Assembly (NCBI GenBank): GCA_965223345.1
Contig: CBDCWG010000012.1
Coordinates: 1,696,001 to 1,760,000 of the forward strand
Reading direction: 5' to 3'
From: Nitrospinales bacterium
Lineage (GTDB): Bacteria; Nitrospinota; Nitrospinia; Nitrospinales; VA-1
Length of the DNA: 64,000 nucleotides
Shown: positions 1 to 9,846 of the stretch, piece after piece
How the letters are laid out: the number at the start of each line of letters is the position of its first letter
Position numbering within the stretch: position 1 is the stretch's first letter
Program-made: the position numbers and the translations under genes
Notes under the pieces: model-generated
Told to the model about the DNA's origin: nothing
What the model saw: the letters and a program-made list of their open reading frames with translations, nothing else
Databases searched by the model: none

Positions 1-54
1 CAGTTTGCCCGTTCGGTCAAATACCTTTACCTCATACACGCGTATGTCGTTCAT
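1..54 (-). CDS. 5' end of a hypothetical protein (MNDIRVYEVKVFDRTGKL...), truncated by the window edge
   Basis: ATG at 54-52 with a GAGG SD-like sequence 5 nt upstream; frame open to the window edge. Confidence 0.6.
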   Translation of the reverse strand, partial: MNDIRVYEVKVFDRTGKL

Positions 55-120
55 GATTGCCTCAAAATAGTGATGGGTGCTCGAAAAACTGCGATCTGAT
101 TTTTTTCTAATCCGCCCCAG

Positions 121-164
121 AAAAGAAGAGGGAAAGGGCTTGTCGTGGCAGCAAGCCCTTTCCC
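121..164 (-). terminator. Intrinsic terminator (13-bp stem followed by UCUUCUUUU)
   Basis: GGGAAAGGGCTTG (130-142) pairs with CAAGCCCTTTCCC (152-164); U-rich tail on the minus strand. Confidence 0.7.
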
Positions 165-182
165 CGGAGGAGGAGAAAGTAT
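121..182 (-). ncRNA. Candidate ~60-nt sRNA or attenuated leader carrying CUCCUCCUCC
   Basis: Minus-strand TATAAT (194-189), then CTCCTCCTCC (175-166), then the terminator hairpin. Confidence 0.45.
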
Positions 183-188
183 GCTGTC

Positions 189-242
189 ATTATAGAAAAC
201 GGATATTAAAAGAGTATTAAAGGAAAATTAATAAACTTTAAT
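189..242 (-). promoter_or_regulatory. -10 box with 11-bp-periodic direct repeats in place of -35 (OmpR/PhoB-family-like operator)
   Basis: Plus-strand TATTAAA 204-210, TATTAAA 215-221, AATTAAT 226-232 and a weaker copy near 236-242; minus-strand TATAAT at 189-194. Confidence 0.5.
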
Positions 243-563
243 GAAATGAAGGGAGTACCGAACAATCTTACAGCGAATAACCGGGTTTATCGAGAGCGGG
301 AAGAAAATGTCCGCCAGAACGGATACGCGCTTTAATTTGAAGCCGGTTCGGGCCGGCTTTCTTCCTGCGCATTCATGGCGAGAGGGCTCCGGGACCGGCC
401 GCAATCCTTAATAAAACAGGGGCGTGGCGTGAGAGGGGGTGCGTGACCGGTGCGTTTTCTGACAGTTGTTGTAAAACCGCCGATTGTGCGATTGGGGTTG
501 GACATTCTCAGGGATGTGTTACCTTAGAAAGATACCAACACACCTACGACCTTAGGGGGAACC

Positions 564-1082
564 ATGAAAAAGAATATTTTTGCGATCTTGCTCTACCCGG
601 CTGTGCTGACGGCCGTTTTGTTGTTTGCGGCGCAGACGGCGCTGGCCGACGATAAGTCCGCTCAGAAAGGGGACAATGTGGAGGTTTCCTATGTGGGCAG
701 TCTGAAAGACGGAACCGTGTTCGACAGTTCCGAAAAGCATGGCACTCCCTTGAAATTCGTGGTGGGCTCCGGTCAGGTCATCAAAGGCTTCGACGAAGCG
801 GTGCTCGGCATGAAGCAGGGCGAAGAAAAATCCTTCACCATCCAGCCCGGCGATGCGTATGGCGAAGTGAATCCGAAGCTCATCCAGAAAGTGTCGCGCT
901 CGGAAATGCCGAAAGACCGCGAGCCGCAACCGGGTATGATGCTGATCGTGACCACCCCTCAGGGTGGGAAAGCGCGCGCCACCATCACTCAGGTCACCGC
1001 CAACGACGTCACCCTCGACATGAACCATCCGCTGGCGGGCAAGGCCCTGACCTTCAAGATCAAAGTGATCAAAGTATCCTGA
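564..1082 (+). CDS. Exported FKBP-type peptidyl-prolyl isomerase (SlyD/FkpB-like)
   Basis: Signal peptide; Y-GSL-DGTVFDSS, GQVIKGFDEA and DMNHPLAGKALTF motifs. Confidence 0.92.
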   Translation: MKKNIFAILLYPAVLTAVLLFAAQTALADDKSAQKGDNVEVSYVGSLKDGTVFDSSEKHGTPLKFVVGSGQVIKGFDEAVLGMKQGEEKSFTIQPGDAYGEVNPKLIQKVSRSEMPKDREPQPGMMLIVTTPQGGKARATITQVTANDVTLDMNHPLAGKALTFKIKVIKVS

Positions 1083-1107
1083 TTCTCCGCTGCTCGGTGA
1101 AGGGGCG

Positions 1108-3285
1108 TCATGGCCCCTTCGCAACGAGCGGCGCGGAGGCGGGCAGCGTGTAGTCGCCCGCATGAAACGTCTTTCCCAATCCTGCGCTTTGCGGCGGCCA
1201 GCGGCCCTTGAGCTGGTTGTCGGGCGCGTCTCCCTTGAAAACCAGGTAGCCGTATTTGCCGTAGTGCGGCAGTTTGCGGATCAGTCCCGGAACGCTCGCG
1301 CCGTGGGCGGCGACGATCCAGGTGACGGAGCCTGCGCGTTTGCCCGGCCGCTTCAGCGTGAACACAAAACTGTGATCCTTCCAGGGAAAGCGCTTCCCCT
1401 CGATCGTCACGCTTTCCTCTCCCACCACCACGCCGCGGTTTTTGAGCAACGGCAACAGGTGCCGCACGTAACGGTTCTCGCGGCCGAACACCCACAGGCT
1501 GCCCGGCGGCACCGGACTCTTCGCGGCATCGTTCAACAGCGGACCGGCAACCGGGCCGGAATTTCCCAGCGCCTGAGCCAGCTCGTGATAGCCCATCAGC
1601 ACGTCGGGAAACGCTTCCTTCTCCGGCAGCAGTTTCGCAGGGCTTTGCGAGCCCAGGGTTTCGCCGATGCTGGGCGGCACTTCGCGGCGGTCGAGTCTGC
1701 GAAACACGTCGGTGTGCGGGTCCACCCGCACCCGTCCCGGTTCGGCGGCAAGATCGAGCGTGTAGGTCTGGTTTTTTTCCCGCATGTTTAAAATCTTGAG
1801 ACTCGCTTCGCGTTCTCCCTTGAGCCAAATGGCGACGGGCACCTGTAGCGCGAACGCGGCTTCCTGCTGTTGCTGCGCAAGCTCGATCGTCAGCCGGTAG
1901 CCGTTCTTTTGTTTCGTGTACGCGGCCTGCGTCAGCTTGAGCTGCGGCGCGCCTTTTCGCTGCGTCCATTGCTCGAAATAGGCCGTGAGATCCTGTCCCG
2001 ACACCGATTGCATCGATGCTTGAAGCTCGGCCCAGCCCGCAAACCGGAAACGGTTTTTCTGGTAAAAATCCCGCAGTCCATCGAGAAACACCTCCCTGCC
2101 GAGACGGTTTTTCAGCATGTGCAGCACCATCAGGGTTTTGCCGTAGCCGACGGCCTGGGAAGCCTGGGAGGTGCGGGAGCGGAACTGCGTCAGCGGGAAA
2201 TCGTTTTCCGGATGCACGTAGTTGAGGTATTTCATCAATTCCTGAAAGCGGTACTGCGCGCCCTGTCCTTTCACATCGAGCAGCAGGTGGTCGGCGAGGT
2301 AGGCGGTGAGCCCTTCCGCCCAGTTGCCTTTTTGAAAATCGATGTAGACGCTGTTGCCCCACCAGTTGTGCAGGATCTCATGCGGATAGGAGGTGTGCAG
2401 GATGAACGGAAAGCGGATGACGCGGGAGCCGAGCAGGGTGAAAGACGACATGCCGTAACCGGTCTCGAAGCGGTTTTCCACCAGGGCGAATTTGGCGAAC
2501 GGGTAGGGGGCGATCAATCGCGAATAAAAGTCCAGGTAATCGCGCGTCGCCTTCAGGTAGCGTTGGGCGAGGCCCGGGTCGTCCTGAAGCAGAAACGCCT
2601 GCGTTTCGGTGTTTCCGTGTCGTTCGGTGAATTCAAAATAACGGTCGGCGATCAGAAAGATCTCTTCCATCGGCTCGGGAGATTTCCACCGTGTTTCTCC
2701 CTCGGGGGCGGCATGGTGCGCGCCCTGGCTCACGGCTTTGTAGCCCTGCGGCAGTTTCACATTGAGCTCGAAGGTCATGCGGTCCGGCAGGCGCTCGGGA
2801 TCGATGCGCTGCGGGTAATAGTAGCTCTGTCCCGACAGCAGCACGCCATCCTTTGCGGGCGCCCGTTCGATCTGCGGGTCGAACACCGGGCCCGCATAGC
2901 GCAACAGCAGGGACAACGGCCTGGGCCATTCGGCATTTTCGGGTTTCTCGATTTCGATGCGGGTGAGCCGCGGGCCGCTCTCCTGCGCGACGGTCTCCGC
3001 CTGCCGCACGCGGACGGGGGCGTCTGTCTTCAGGGTTTCGAGTGTGAGTTCCGCGTTCAGGAAAAGCTCCACACGGTCCTTAGACGGGTCCGTCACCACG
3101 AGTTGCATTCGGTCTTCGATCTTGGCGGTGCGGGCTTTCGGATCGAGATCGACCTGCAGGCGATGGTGGATCGGCGGCGTCTCAGCGAAAGCGGGAACGG
3201 CGGCGAGCGCCACGAGCAGGTTGAAAAGCAGGATCGCGCTGTGAGTTTTTGGGAATTTCATCGTCAAAGCCAGGAACGGGTTCAT
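1108..3285 (-). CDS. M1 family (gluzincin) aminopeptidase, exported
   Basis: HEILH...WAEG zinc motif and GYGM exopeptidase motif; start at 3285 or 3261. Confidence 0.88.
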   Translation of the reverse strand: MNPFLALTMKFPKTHSAILLFNLLVALAAVPAFAETPPIHHRLQVDLDPKARTAKIEDRMQLVVTDPSKDRVELFLNAELTLETLKTDAPVRVRQAETVAQESGPRLTRIEIEKPENAEWPRPLSLLLRYAGPVFDPQIERAPAKDGVLLSGQSYYYPQRIDPERLPDRMTFELNVKLPQGYKAVSQGAHHAAPEGETRWKSPEPMEEIFLIADRYFEFTERHGNTETQAFLLQDDPGLAQRYLKATRDYLDFYSRLIAPYPFAKFALVENRFETGYGMSSFTLLGSRVIRFPFILHTSYPHEILHNWWGNSVYIDFQKGNWAEGLTAYLADHLLLDVKGQGAQYRFQELMKYLNYVHPENDFPLTQFRSRTSQASQAVGYGKTLMVLHMLKNRLGREVFLDGLRDFYQKNRFRFAGWAELQASMQSVSGQDLTAYFEQWTQRKGAPQLKLTQAAYTKQKNGYRLTIELAQQQQEAAFALQVPVAIWLKGEREASLKILNMREKNQTYTLDLAAEPGRVRVDPHTDVFRRLDRREVPPSIGETLGSQSPAKLLPEKEAFPDVLMGYHELAQALGNSGPVAGPLLNDAAKSPVPPGSLWVFGRENRYVRHLLPLLKNRGVVVGEESVTIEGKRFPWKDHSFVFTLKRPGKRAGSVTWIVAAHGASVPGLIRKLPHYGKYGYLVFKGDAPDNQLKGRWPPQSAGLGKTFHAGDYTLPASAPLVAKGP

Positions 3286-3299
3286 TGGAGCGGGCGGTT

Positions 3300-3668
3300 T
3301 CAGCCGACGACGGCATCGACGCCGCGGTGGCTGTCGCCGACGATGCGCACGACCACGCGGTTGGGGAGACAGGCGGCGAGCCGGTCCGCGTACTGGATGA
3401 ATCCGGATTTGATGCACACCTTGCCGGAGCAGGGGGAGCGGCGGATGCGGGCTTTCCCCTCGCGGATCTCGACTTCGGTGACGCCCAGCGGCCCCTCGAC
3501 CTCAAGGACCGCTTCCTCTTTCAGCGAATGGCGGAAGCGCTCGCTTCTGTCCACCTCGACGACCACCCAGTCGCCGGCTGTGCCGGGCGTCGCCCAATGC
3601 AGAAACAGCGCCGCGTTGAGCAGCATCAGGCAGACGATCAGGATTTTATCCGCACGCGTCAGTTTCAT
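3300..3668 (-). CDS. NusG domain II-containing protein (Lin0431-like)
   Basis: N-terminal TM; GPLG...SPC-x2-VC-x3-G-I...ACLPNRVVV motif. Confidence 0.85.
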   Translation of the reverse strand: MKLTRADKILIVCLMLLNAALFLHWATPGTAGDWVVVEVDRSERFRHSLKEEAVLEVEGPLGVTEVEIREGKARIRRSPCSGKVCIKSGFIQYADRLAACLPNRVVVRIVGDSHRGVDAVVG

Positions 3669-3740
3669 CGCATCTTTTCATTCCGGCCGCTGGGCAACCG
3701 GGGTCGTTTGTTAAAGGAACAGGTTAGCATATTTGTCGGA

Positions 3741-5873
3741 TCAGAGAATGTGCATCAGGTCCAGTTTCTTGCCCAGCGTGCGGTGCAGGGTCTGTTTGAG
3801 CCGGGCGTGTTCGGGATCATTCAGAAGCGGGTCCCGGTCGATCAGGGCGAAGGCCTCCTTGCGCGCCGCATCGAGCCACTGCATGTCGCGCAGCAGGTTG
3901 GCGACGCGCAGCAGGGGCATTCCCGACTGGCGGGTCCCCATGAAATCCCCGGGTCCGCGGATCTTGAGGTCCTCCTCCGCGATCACGAAGCCGTCGCTCG
4001 ATCCGTGCACGGCCTTGAGCCGCGCCTTGCCGTCCTCGCTCAGAGGGTGGTAGGCGATCAGGAAGCATTGCGAGGCGTGCTCGCCGCGGCCGACGCGCCC
4101 GCGCAGCTGGTGGATCTGCGACAGGCCGAAGCGTTCCGCGTGCTCGATGATCATCAGCGTCGCGTTGGGCACGTCGATGCCCACTTCGATCACCGTGGTG
4201 GCCACCAGCGTGTGCAGCGTGCCTGCGGCGAAAGCGGCCATGATGTTCTGCCGCTCCTCCTTCTTGAGTTTGCCGTGGATGAGCGCCAGGCCGCCGTCGG
4301 GAAACCAGCGTTCCTTCAAATGGTCGTGCACCTCGATGGCGGCCTTGAGTTCGATGGCGTCGGACTCCTCGATCAACGGGCAGACCACATAGGCCTGGCG
4401 GCCCTTTTTGACCTCTTCGCTCAGCAGGGCGTAGGCCTCGTCTCTTTTTTCTCCGTAAAAAATCCGCGTGGTGATGGGTTTGCGTCCCGGCGGGTGTTCG
4501 TCGAGAAAGGAAACGTCCATCTCGCCATACAGCGTGAGCGCCAGCGAGCGCGGGATGGGGGTGGCGGTCATGATGAGGACGTGCGGGCGCGTTCCCTTTT
4601 TCCCCAGCGCTTCGCGCTGCAGCACGCCGAAGCGGTGCTGCTCGTCGATGACGGCGAGGCCGAGCCGCTGAAAGGCGACGGTCTTCTGGATCAGGGCGTG
4701 GGTGCCGACCACGATCTTGGTTTCGCCGCTTTCGATGCGGGCCAGGCTTTTTTTCTTCTCGCCGGCGGGGGCGGCGCTGGTGACCAGATCGATCGCGACG
4801 CCCAGCTTGCGGCAGAAGGGTTCGAGCGTCAGGTAATGCTGCTCGGCGAGGATCTCGGTGGGCACCATGAGAGCGCCCTGGGTCTGGTTTTCCACCGCGG
4901 TGAGCAGGGAGGTCAGGGCGATCACGGTCTTGCCGGTGCCGACGTCGCCCTGAATCAGCCGGTTCATCGGCCGCGGGTGTTCGAGATCGTGCATGATCTC
5001 CCCGAGCACGCGCTTCTGCGCGCCGGTCAATTCGTACGGCAGCAGGCGGATGAAGCTGCGGATCAGCTCGCCGCGCGTCTGGAAGGCCAGGCCGTGCACC
5101 GTTTCGTGCGCGTGTTTTTTGCGGTAGGCGAGGCCGGTCTGTATGAGAAAAAACTCCTCGAAGATGAGCCGCTTCTGCGCCGCGGTGCGGAAGGCGTCGA
5201 GCTCTTTGAGGGACGCGCCTTTCGGCGGCAGGTGCGCGTCGCGGATGGCGGCGGCCCGTTCGGGCAATTTGTTGCGTTTGAGGATGGAGGGCGGCAGAAA
5301 TTCCTCCAGCAGCGGGGCGTATTTTTCCACCACGTTCTGCATCAGGGTGCGCAGGGATTTCATGTGCAGCCCTTCGGTGTTGTGGTAGACGGGCAGGATG
5401 CGCCCCATGTCCGGCGTCGCGTCGGCGTTGGCGCTCAAGGGCTCCGAATCGGGATGCACAAATTCCAGACCGGAACCGCCGTAACGGCTCCAGGCGGGTT
5501 TTCCCGAAAACACCCAGCGGGTGCCCGGCTGAAACCGTTCGCTCAGGTAGGATTCCTTGAAGCGGAACCAGCGGCCGCGCACGCTGCCGGTGTCGTCTTT
5601 GATCAGCACGTCGAAGATCTTTTTGCGCCGGCCCATGCGGCTGACGCCCGCGTGCACCACCTCGCCGGTGAAGGTGACGGTTTCGCCGGGGGTGATCTCG
5701 GAGATTTTGCGCACCTGGCTGCGGTCCTCGAAGCGGAACGGCAGAAAATAAAGGCAGTCCTCGATGCTCTCGATGCCGAGCTTCTGCAGCAGTTGCGCCC
5801 GTTTGGGACCCACGCCCTTGATGTATTGCAGCGGATCGTCGAGCGAGGGTTTCGGGTTGCGGGTGGTTTTCAT
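3741..5873 (-). CDS. recG: ATP-dependent DNA helicase RecG
   Basis: QGDVGTGKT, DEQHRFG, MTATPIPRSL, HQLRGRVGRG, EDLKIRGPGD motifs; N-terminal wedge/OB domain. Confidence 0.97.
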   Translation of the reverse strand: MKTTRNPKPSLDDPLQYIKGVGPKRAQLLQKLGIESIEDCLYFLPFRFEDRSQVRKISEITPGETVTFTGEVVHAGVSRMGRRKKIFDVLIKDDTGSVRGRWFRFKESYLSERFQPGTRWVFSGKPAWSRYGGSGLEFVHPDSEPLSANADATPDMGRILPVYHNTEGLHMKSLRTLMQNVVEKYAPLLEEFLPPSILKRNKLPERAAAIRDAHLPPKGASLKELDAFRTAAQKRLIFEEFFLIQTGLAYRKKHAHETVHGLAFQTRGELIRSFIRLLPYELTGAQKRVLGEIMHDLEHPRPMNRLIQGDVGTGKTVIALTSLLTAVENQTQGALMVPTEILAEQHYLTLEPFCRKLGVAIDLVTSAAPAGEKKKSLARIESGETKIVVGTHALIQKTVAFQRLGLAVIDEQHRFGVLQREALGKKGTRPHVLIMTATPIPRSLALTLYGEMDVSFLDEHPPGRKPITTRIFYGEKRDEAYALLSEEVKKGRQAYVVCPLIEESDAIELKAAIEVHDHLKERWFPDGGLALIHGKLKKEERQNIMAAFAAGTLHTLVATTVIEVGIDVPNATLMIIEHAERFGLSQIHQLRGRVGRGEHASQCFLIAYHPLSEDGKARLKAVHGSSDGFVIAEEDLKIRGPGDFMGTRQSGMPLLRVANLLRDMQWLDAARKEAFALIDRDPLLNDPEHARLKQTLHRTLGKKLDLMHIL

Positions 5874-6170
5874 CCCGGATGGCGTCGTCGATGGAAAATA
5901 TTAAAAATCAAACCCGTTGCAAACCGCGTTCTCCGACCCGCATCCGATCCTGTCGGGATGCGGGCGCATAAGTGCGGTGCTAAGGGCATACAAAACAGCG
6001 GCTCTCTTGCCCGTATGGATGCTGCCGCCGGGCGGGCTTTTGTTCATAGCATACCCTTTCGGGCAGGGGAAGGGGCTTTCGCCGGATCGGGATATTGGAA
6101 AAATCTGCTTCTCAGGCGGCGATCCTTCATCCTAGTTTATACATCGTATCGGTCTGGCACGTCTCTACGG

Positions 6171-6200
6171 TTGACAATTACAGGGAAACAGAAGTATTCT
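6171..6200 (+). promoter_or_regulatory. Probable sigma-70 promoter of relA/spoT
   Basis: TTGACA-N18-TATTCT about 100 nt upstream of the ATG. Confidence 0.5.
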
Positions 6201-6298
6201 TAAAATGAGCTAAACTATACTATTTTCAGCATTTTTTAGCTAAGTGGCTCTAATTTCACCCTTTTAGCGGATCAAGCCCGTTTGGGGCCGAAATCGGC

Positions 6299-8554
6299 AT
6301 GCGGAAAATTAAAGATCTCACAGATGCGGTGCTGAATTACCACCCGGAAGCGGATGTGGACGTCATTCTGGACGCCTATCTGTATTCGGCGAAAGCGCAC
6401 CGCGGCCAGAGCCGCCGTTCGGGCGAAGCGTACATATCGCATCCGCTGGAAGTCGCCTACAACCTCACCCTGCTGAAGATGGACGAGCAGACCGTTGCCG
6501 CCGGCCTTCTGCACGACACGATCGAAGACACGCTGGCCACGCCGGAAGAAATCCAGGATCTGTTCGGTGAGGAAATCTACGGTCTGGTGGACGGCGTCAC
6601 CAAGATCAGCAAGATGGAATTTTCCAGCCGCGAAGAGAGTCAGGCGGAAAATTACCGCAAGATGATCTTCGCCATGGGACGGGACATCCGGGTGGTGCTC
6701 ATCAAGCTCGCCGACCGCGCCCACAACCTGAAAACCCTCGAATCCCTGTCGGAAGAGCGCCAGCGGCGCATCGCCCGCGAGACCCTAGACATCTACGCTC
6801 CCATCGCCAACCGCCTGGGTATCGGCTGGCTGCGCTCGGAACTGGAAAACGGCGCGTTCGAATACCTCTTTCCCGAGGAATACCACCGCATGCGCGAGAA
6901 AGTGACCGCAGGCGAGGGCGAGCGCAGCAAATTCGTCAACAAGGTCTGCTCCATCATCACCGATGAGCTGGAAGCGGCGGACATCAAAGCCAGCGTGGCC
7001 GGGCGGCCCAAGCATCTGTACAGCATCTACACGAAGATGATGACGCAGAACATCGGCTTCGAGGATGTGTACGATCTCATCGGCGTGCGCGTGCTCACCG
7101 ATTCGCTCAAGGACTGTTACGCGATTCTGGGCCTGATCCACTCGCTGTGGAAACCGATTCCGGGCCGCTTCAAGGATTACATCGCCATGCCCAAACCGAA
7201 CATGTACCAGTCGCTGCACACGACGGTCATCGGGCCGGAGGGCGAGCGGGTGGAGGTGCAGATCCGCACGCACGAGATGCACAAGATCTGCGAAGAGGGC
7301 ATCGCCGCGCACTGGCAGTACAAGGAAAAGGGAGAGGGCAAGTCGAAGCCGCTCGACAACCAGCTGACCTGGGTGCGGCACCTGCTCGAATACCAGAAGG
7401 ACCTCAAGAATCCCAAGGAATTCCTCAACGCGTTCAAGGTCAACCTGTACCCGCACGAGGTGTACGTGTTTTCCCCGAAGGGGGACGTGATCGCCCTGCC
7501 GCACGGTGCGACGCCGGTGGATTTCGCCTATGCGGTGCACACCGACATCGGCAACCACTGTCTCAACGCCAAGGTGGACGGGAAGATCGTGCCGCTGCGC
7601 TACAAACTGAGAAACGGCAACCAGGTGGAAATCATCACCAGCCGGCAGAAGCACCCCAGCCGCGACTGGCTGTCCTTCGTCAAAACCTCGCGGGCGCGCA
7701 ACCGCATCGCCAACTACATCAACCACCAGGAACGCGAGAAAAGTCTCAGTCTGGGCAAGGAACTTCTGGACAAGGAAATCCTGGAATACGGCCTGTCGCC
7801 GGCGGACCTTCTGAAGGGCAAGCCTCTGGACGACGCCATGCACGCCTGCGGCTACAATTCGCTGGACAGCCTGTTGACCGGCATCGGCGTGGGCAAGCTC
7901 TCCGCCCACCACGTGGTGGAAAAACTGCTGCCGCGGGAGATCCTGCAGGAACGCAAACGCAAGGAAGACGCGGCGCGCATCAAGCTCAAGGAAAAGAAAT
8001 CGCAGAAACCGGTTGAGAACGCCATCAAGGTCAAATGCATCAACGAGGAGATCCTGCTTCGGGTCGGCAAATGCTGCAATCCCGTGCCGGGGGACCCGAT
8101 CCTCGGCTACATCACGCGCGGGCGCGGGGTGACGGTGCACCATATGGACTGCCCGAGCGTCAGCGACATCGGCCAGGAATCCGAACGGCTGGTGGAGGTC
8201 GAATGGGACACCGGGCACAAGACGAACTACCCGACGCGCATTTCCATCGTCACCCAGGACAAGCCGGGACTGCTCGCCAGCATCAGTAGCGTGCTGGCCG
8301 AATGCGACATCAACATCATCCGCGCCAATGTGCAGCAGGGGCCCAACAAACGGGCCTATTTCGACCTGTCCATCGAGATCCAGGATCTGATGCAGCTCAA
8401 CCAGACCTTAGACAAGGTGCGCAAGGTCGATGGGGTGATTCATCTGGAGAGGGTCAAGGAGTACCGCAAGAAAACGCTTCGGAGGGCGAAGGGGATCGAG
8501 GCGAAGGAGCAGCTGAACCTCCGCGAGGACGACGTGGAGGTCACGTTCAACTGA
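6299..8554 (+). CDS. relA: Bifunctional (p)ppGpp synthetase/hydrolase (RelA/SpoT homologue)
   Basis: Intact HD domain (LLHDTIED), synthetase motifs (RPKHLYSI, YQSLHT, EVQIRT), TGS, CC and ACT domains. Confidence 0.96.
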   Translation: MRKIKDLTDAVLNYHPEADVDVILDAYLYSAKAHRGQSRRSGEAYISHPLEVAYNLTLLKMDEQTVAAGLLHDTIEDTLATPEEIQDLFGEEIYGLVDGVTKISKMEFSSREESQAENYRKMIFAMGRDIRVVLIKLADRAHNLKTLESLSEERQRRIARETLDIYAPIANRLGIGWLRSELENGAFEYLFPEEYHRMREKVTAGEGERSKFVNKVCSIITDELEAADIKASVAGRPKHLYSIYTKMMTQNIGFEDVYDLIGVRVLTDSLKDCYAILGLIHSLWKPIPGRFKDYIAMPKPNMYQSLHTTVIGPEGERVEVQIRTHEMHKICEEGIAAHWQYKEKGEGKSKPLDNQLTWVRHLLEYQKDLKNPKEFLNAFKVNLYPHEVYVFSPKGDVIALPHGATPVDFAYAVHTDIGNHCLNAKVDGKIVPLRYKLRNGNQVEIITSRQKHPSRDWLSFVKTSRARNRIANYINHQEREKSLSLGKELLDKEILEYGLSPADLLKGKPLDDAMHACGYNSLDSLLTGIGVGKLSAHHVVEKLLPREILQERKRKEDAARIKLKEKKSQKPVENAIKVKCINEEILLRVGKCCNPVPGDPILGYITRGRGVTVHHMDCPSVSDIGQESERLVEVEWDTGHKTNYPTRISIVTQDKPGLLASISSVLAECDINIIRANVQQGPNKRAYFDLSIEIQDLMQLNQTLDKVRKVDGVIHLERVKEYRKKTLRRAKGIEAKEQLNLREDDVEVTFN

Positions 8555-8746
8555 TCAGCAGACTTTGGCGACTTTGCCGCCTTTGAGGCAGCGGGTGCAG
8601 ACTTTCATCGTCCGCACGGCGCCTTCATACATCACCTTGAGTTTTTTCAGATTCGGGTTCCAGCGCCGCCGCGTGGTGTTGTTGGCGTGACTGACGTTGT
8701 TGCCGAAGAGGGGGCCTTTGTCGCAAACCTCACATCTTTTGGCCAT
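8555..8746 (-). CDS. rpmB: 50S ribosomal protein L28
   Basis: [10 protein letters not shown]...[19 protein letters not shown]...KVCTRCLK. Confidence 0.96.
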   Translation of the reverse strand: MAKRCEVCDKGPLFGNNVSHANNTTRRRWNPNLKKLKVMYEGAVRTMKVCTRCLKGGKVAKVC

Positions 8747-8839
8747 GAAGCGCTCCTGTACGAAAAACATTGTTTGAACAAAGATCCGATGCTACCATAC
8801 GGTCCATTGAGCGGCAAGAAAATTCAGGGGATCCAGGTG

Positions 8840-9070
8840 ATGCTCATCAACAAAGATACCCGCATCAACGACATCATCAGCGCCTACCCCGGCGCGATGA
8901 AATTTTTTGCCGATTTGAACATGAGCTGCAGCCAGTGCTTCGCCGTGAAGTTCGACACCCTGGAAAACGGCGCGTTGATGCACGGCATGGACGTGAACGT
9001 CCTGATCGACAAGCTCAACCGGTTTCTCATGCAGAGCGCCGCCCATTCCGCCCCCACGCCGCCGGAATAA
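8840..9070 (+). CDS. DUF1858-family small protein with CxxC
   Basis: INKDTRINDIISAYP...MSCSQC...DTLENGALMHG pattern. Confidence 0.8.
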   Translation: MLINKDTRINDIISAYPGAMKFFADLNMSCSQCFAVKFDTLENGALMHGMDVNVLIDKLNRFLMQSAAHSAPTPPE

Positions 9071-9211
9071 ACACCCGCCTCAGGCAAATTTCCCCTTTAA
9101 ATTCAGCTATTTATAGTGTATTTTGAAATCCGGACTCTGAGGCAGGAACGCCTTTCCGCCCGCAAGGGCGTCACGCGTGTTCAGAATGAGGGAATGGGCC
9201 GGAACCCCGAA

Positions 9212-9532
9212 TCAACCGAGGAATTTCGATTCGGTGATGATGTCCTTGAGGATTTTGCCAGCCAGTTCGCGGCTGTCCACTTTGAACCGGCCTTCGGCGA
9301 TTTCCCGCTTGATGCGGTCCACCTTTTCGACGCGGATGGCGTCGGGTTCGGCTTTGACCGAGTCGATGGCTCCCTGAAGCGCTTTGGCCTGTGAGGAAAA
9401 CGCGGCGCGGTCTCCACCCTGAACCGAGCTGGACGAGGAAGTGGCGTCTTTGTCGCCTTTTGCCACGGGCTGCTTGTTGCCAACTCGCAACTTGTTCTGG
9501 ATGGCTTTGTTCTTTATTTCGGGTATTTCCAT
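9212..9532 (-). CDS. flgM: Anti-sigma-28 factor FlgM
   Basis: D-x3-FS...IRVEKVDRIKREIAEGRFKVDSRELAGKI C-terminal signature; sigma-28 promoter upstream; alternative GTG start at 9541. Confidence 0.88.
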   Translation of the reverse strand: MEIPEIKNKAIQNKLRVGNKQPVAKGDKDATSSSSSVQGGDRAAFSSQAKALQGAIDSVKAEPDAIRVEKVDRIKREIAEGRFKVDSRELAGKILKDIITESKFLG

Positions 9533-9652
9533 GACCGTCACCTGGGGAGCAAATTATCCTTTATTTACGTTAATTTGGCTGAAATTCGGGCGTTTATCGG
9601 AACCGCACGGTTACAGCCAGTCCATTTCAAAACACTCCCCCCGCAAGTTTTC

Positions 9653-9679
9653 CTATCGGCAGGATTGTGGAAAACTTGA
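9653..9679 (-). promoter_or_regulatory. Sigma-28 (FliA) promoter of flgM
   Basis: Minus strand TCAA-N15-GCCGATAG, matching the TAAA-N15-GCCGATAA consensus. Confidence 0.8.
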
Positions 9680-9846
9680 GCGCTTCCGCAATTTCAGAGG
9701 CTCATTTCCGTCAAAATATCGGTTAATACCGGGTTTGTCAAGGCTGGCCGGATGGGGTTCGGGATGGTATTATTTTCAGGTTCCTTGCCGGTTTCACAAC
9801 CGGTGCGGCAAACCGTTGACAATCGGCGCGTTCTTCAAAAAGGCCC

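Noticed and set aside
5900..6060. Hairpin CCCGCATCC/GGATGCGGG and a ~48-codon minus-strand ORF upstream of recG
   Set aside because: Isolated hairpin with no U-tract or known RNA motif; the ORF has no support
6155..6170. TGGCACG resembling a sigma-54 -24 box upstream of relA
   Set aside because: No TTGC at the -12 position; a sigma-70 TTGACA promoter follows instead
3249..6203. 984-aa plus-strand ORF and many other long antisense ORFs (e.g. 1870-3714, 23382-25088, 32245-33921, 36055-38286)
   Set aside because: Shadow frames opposite well-supported genes in GC-rich DNA, with no recognisable motifs
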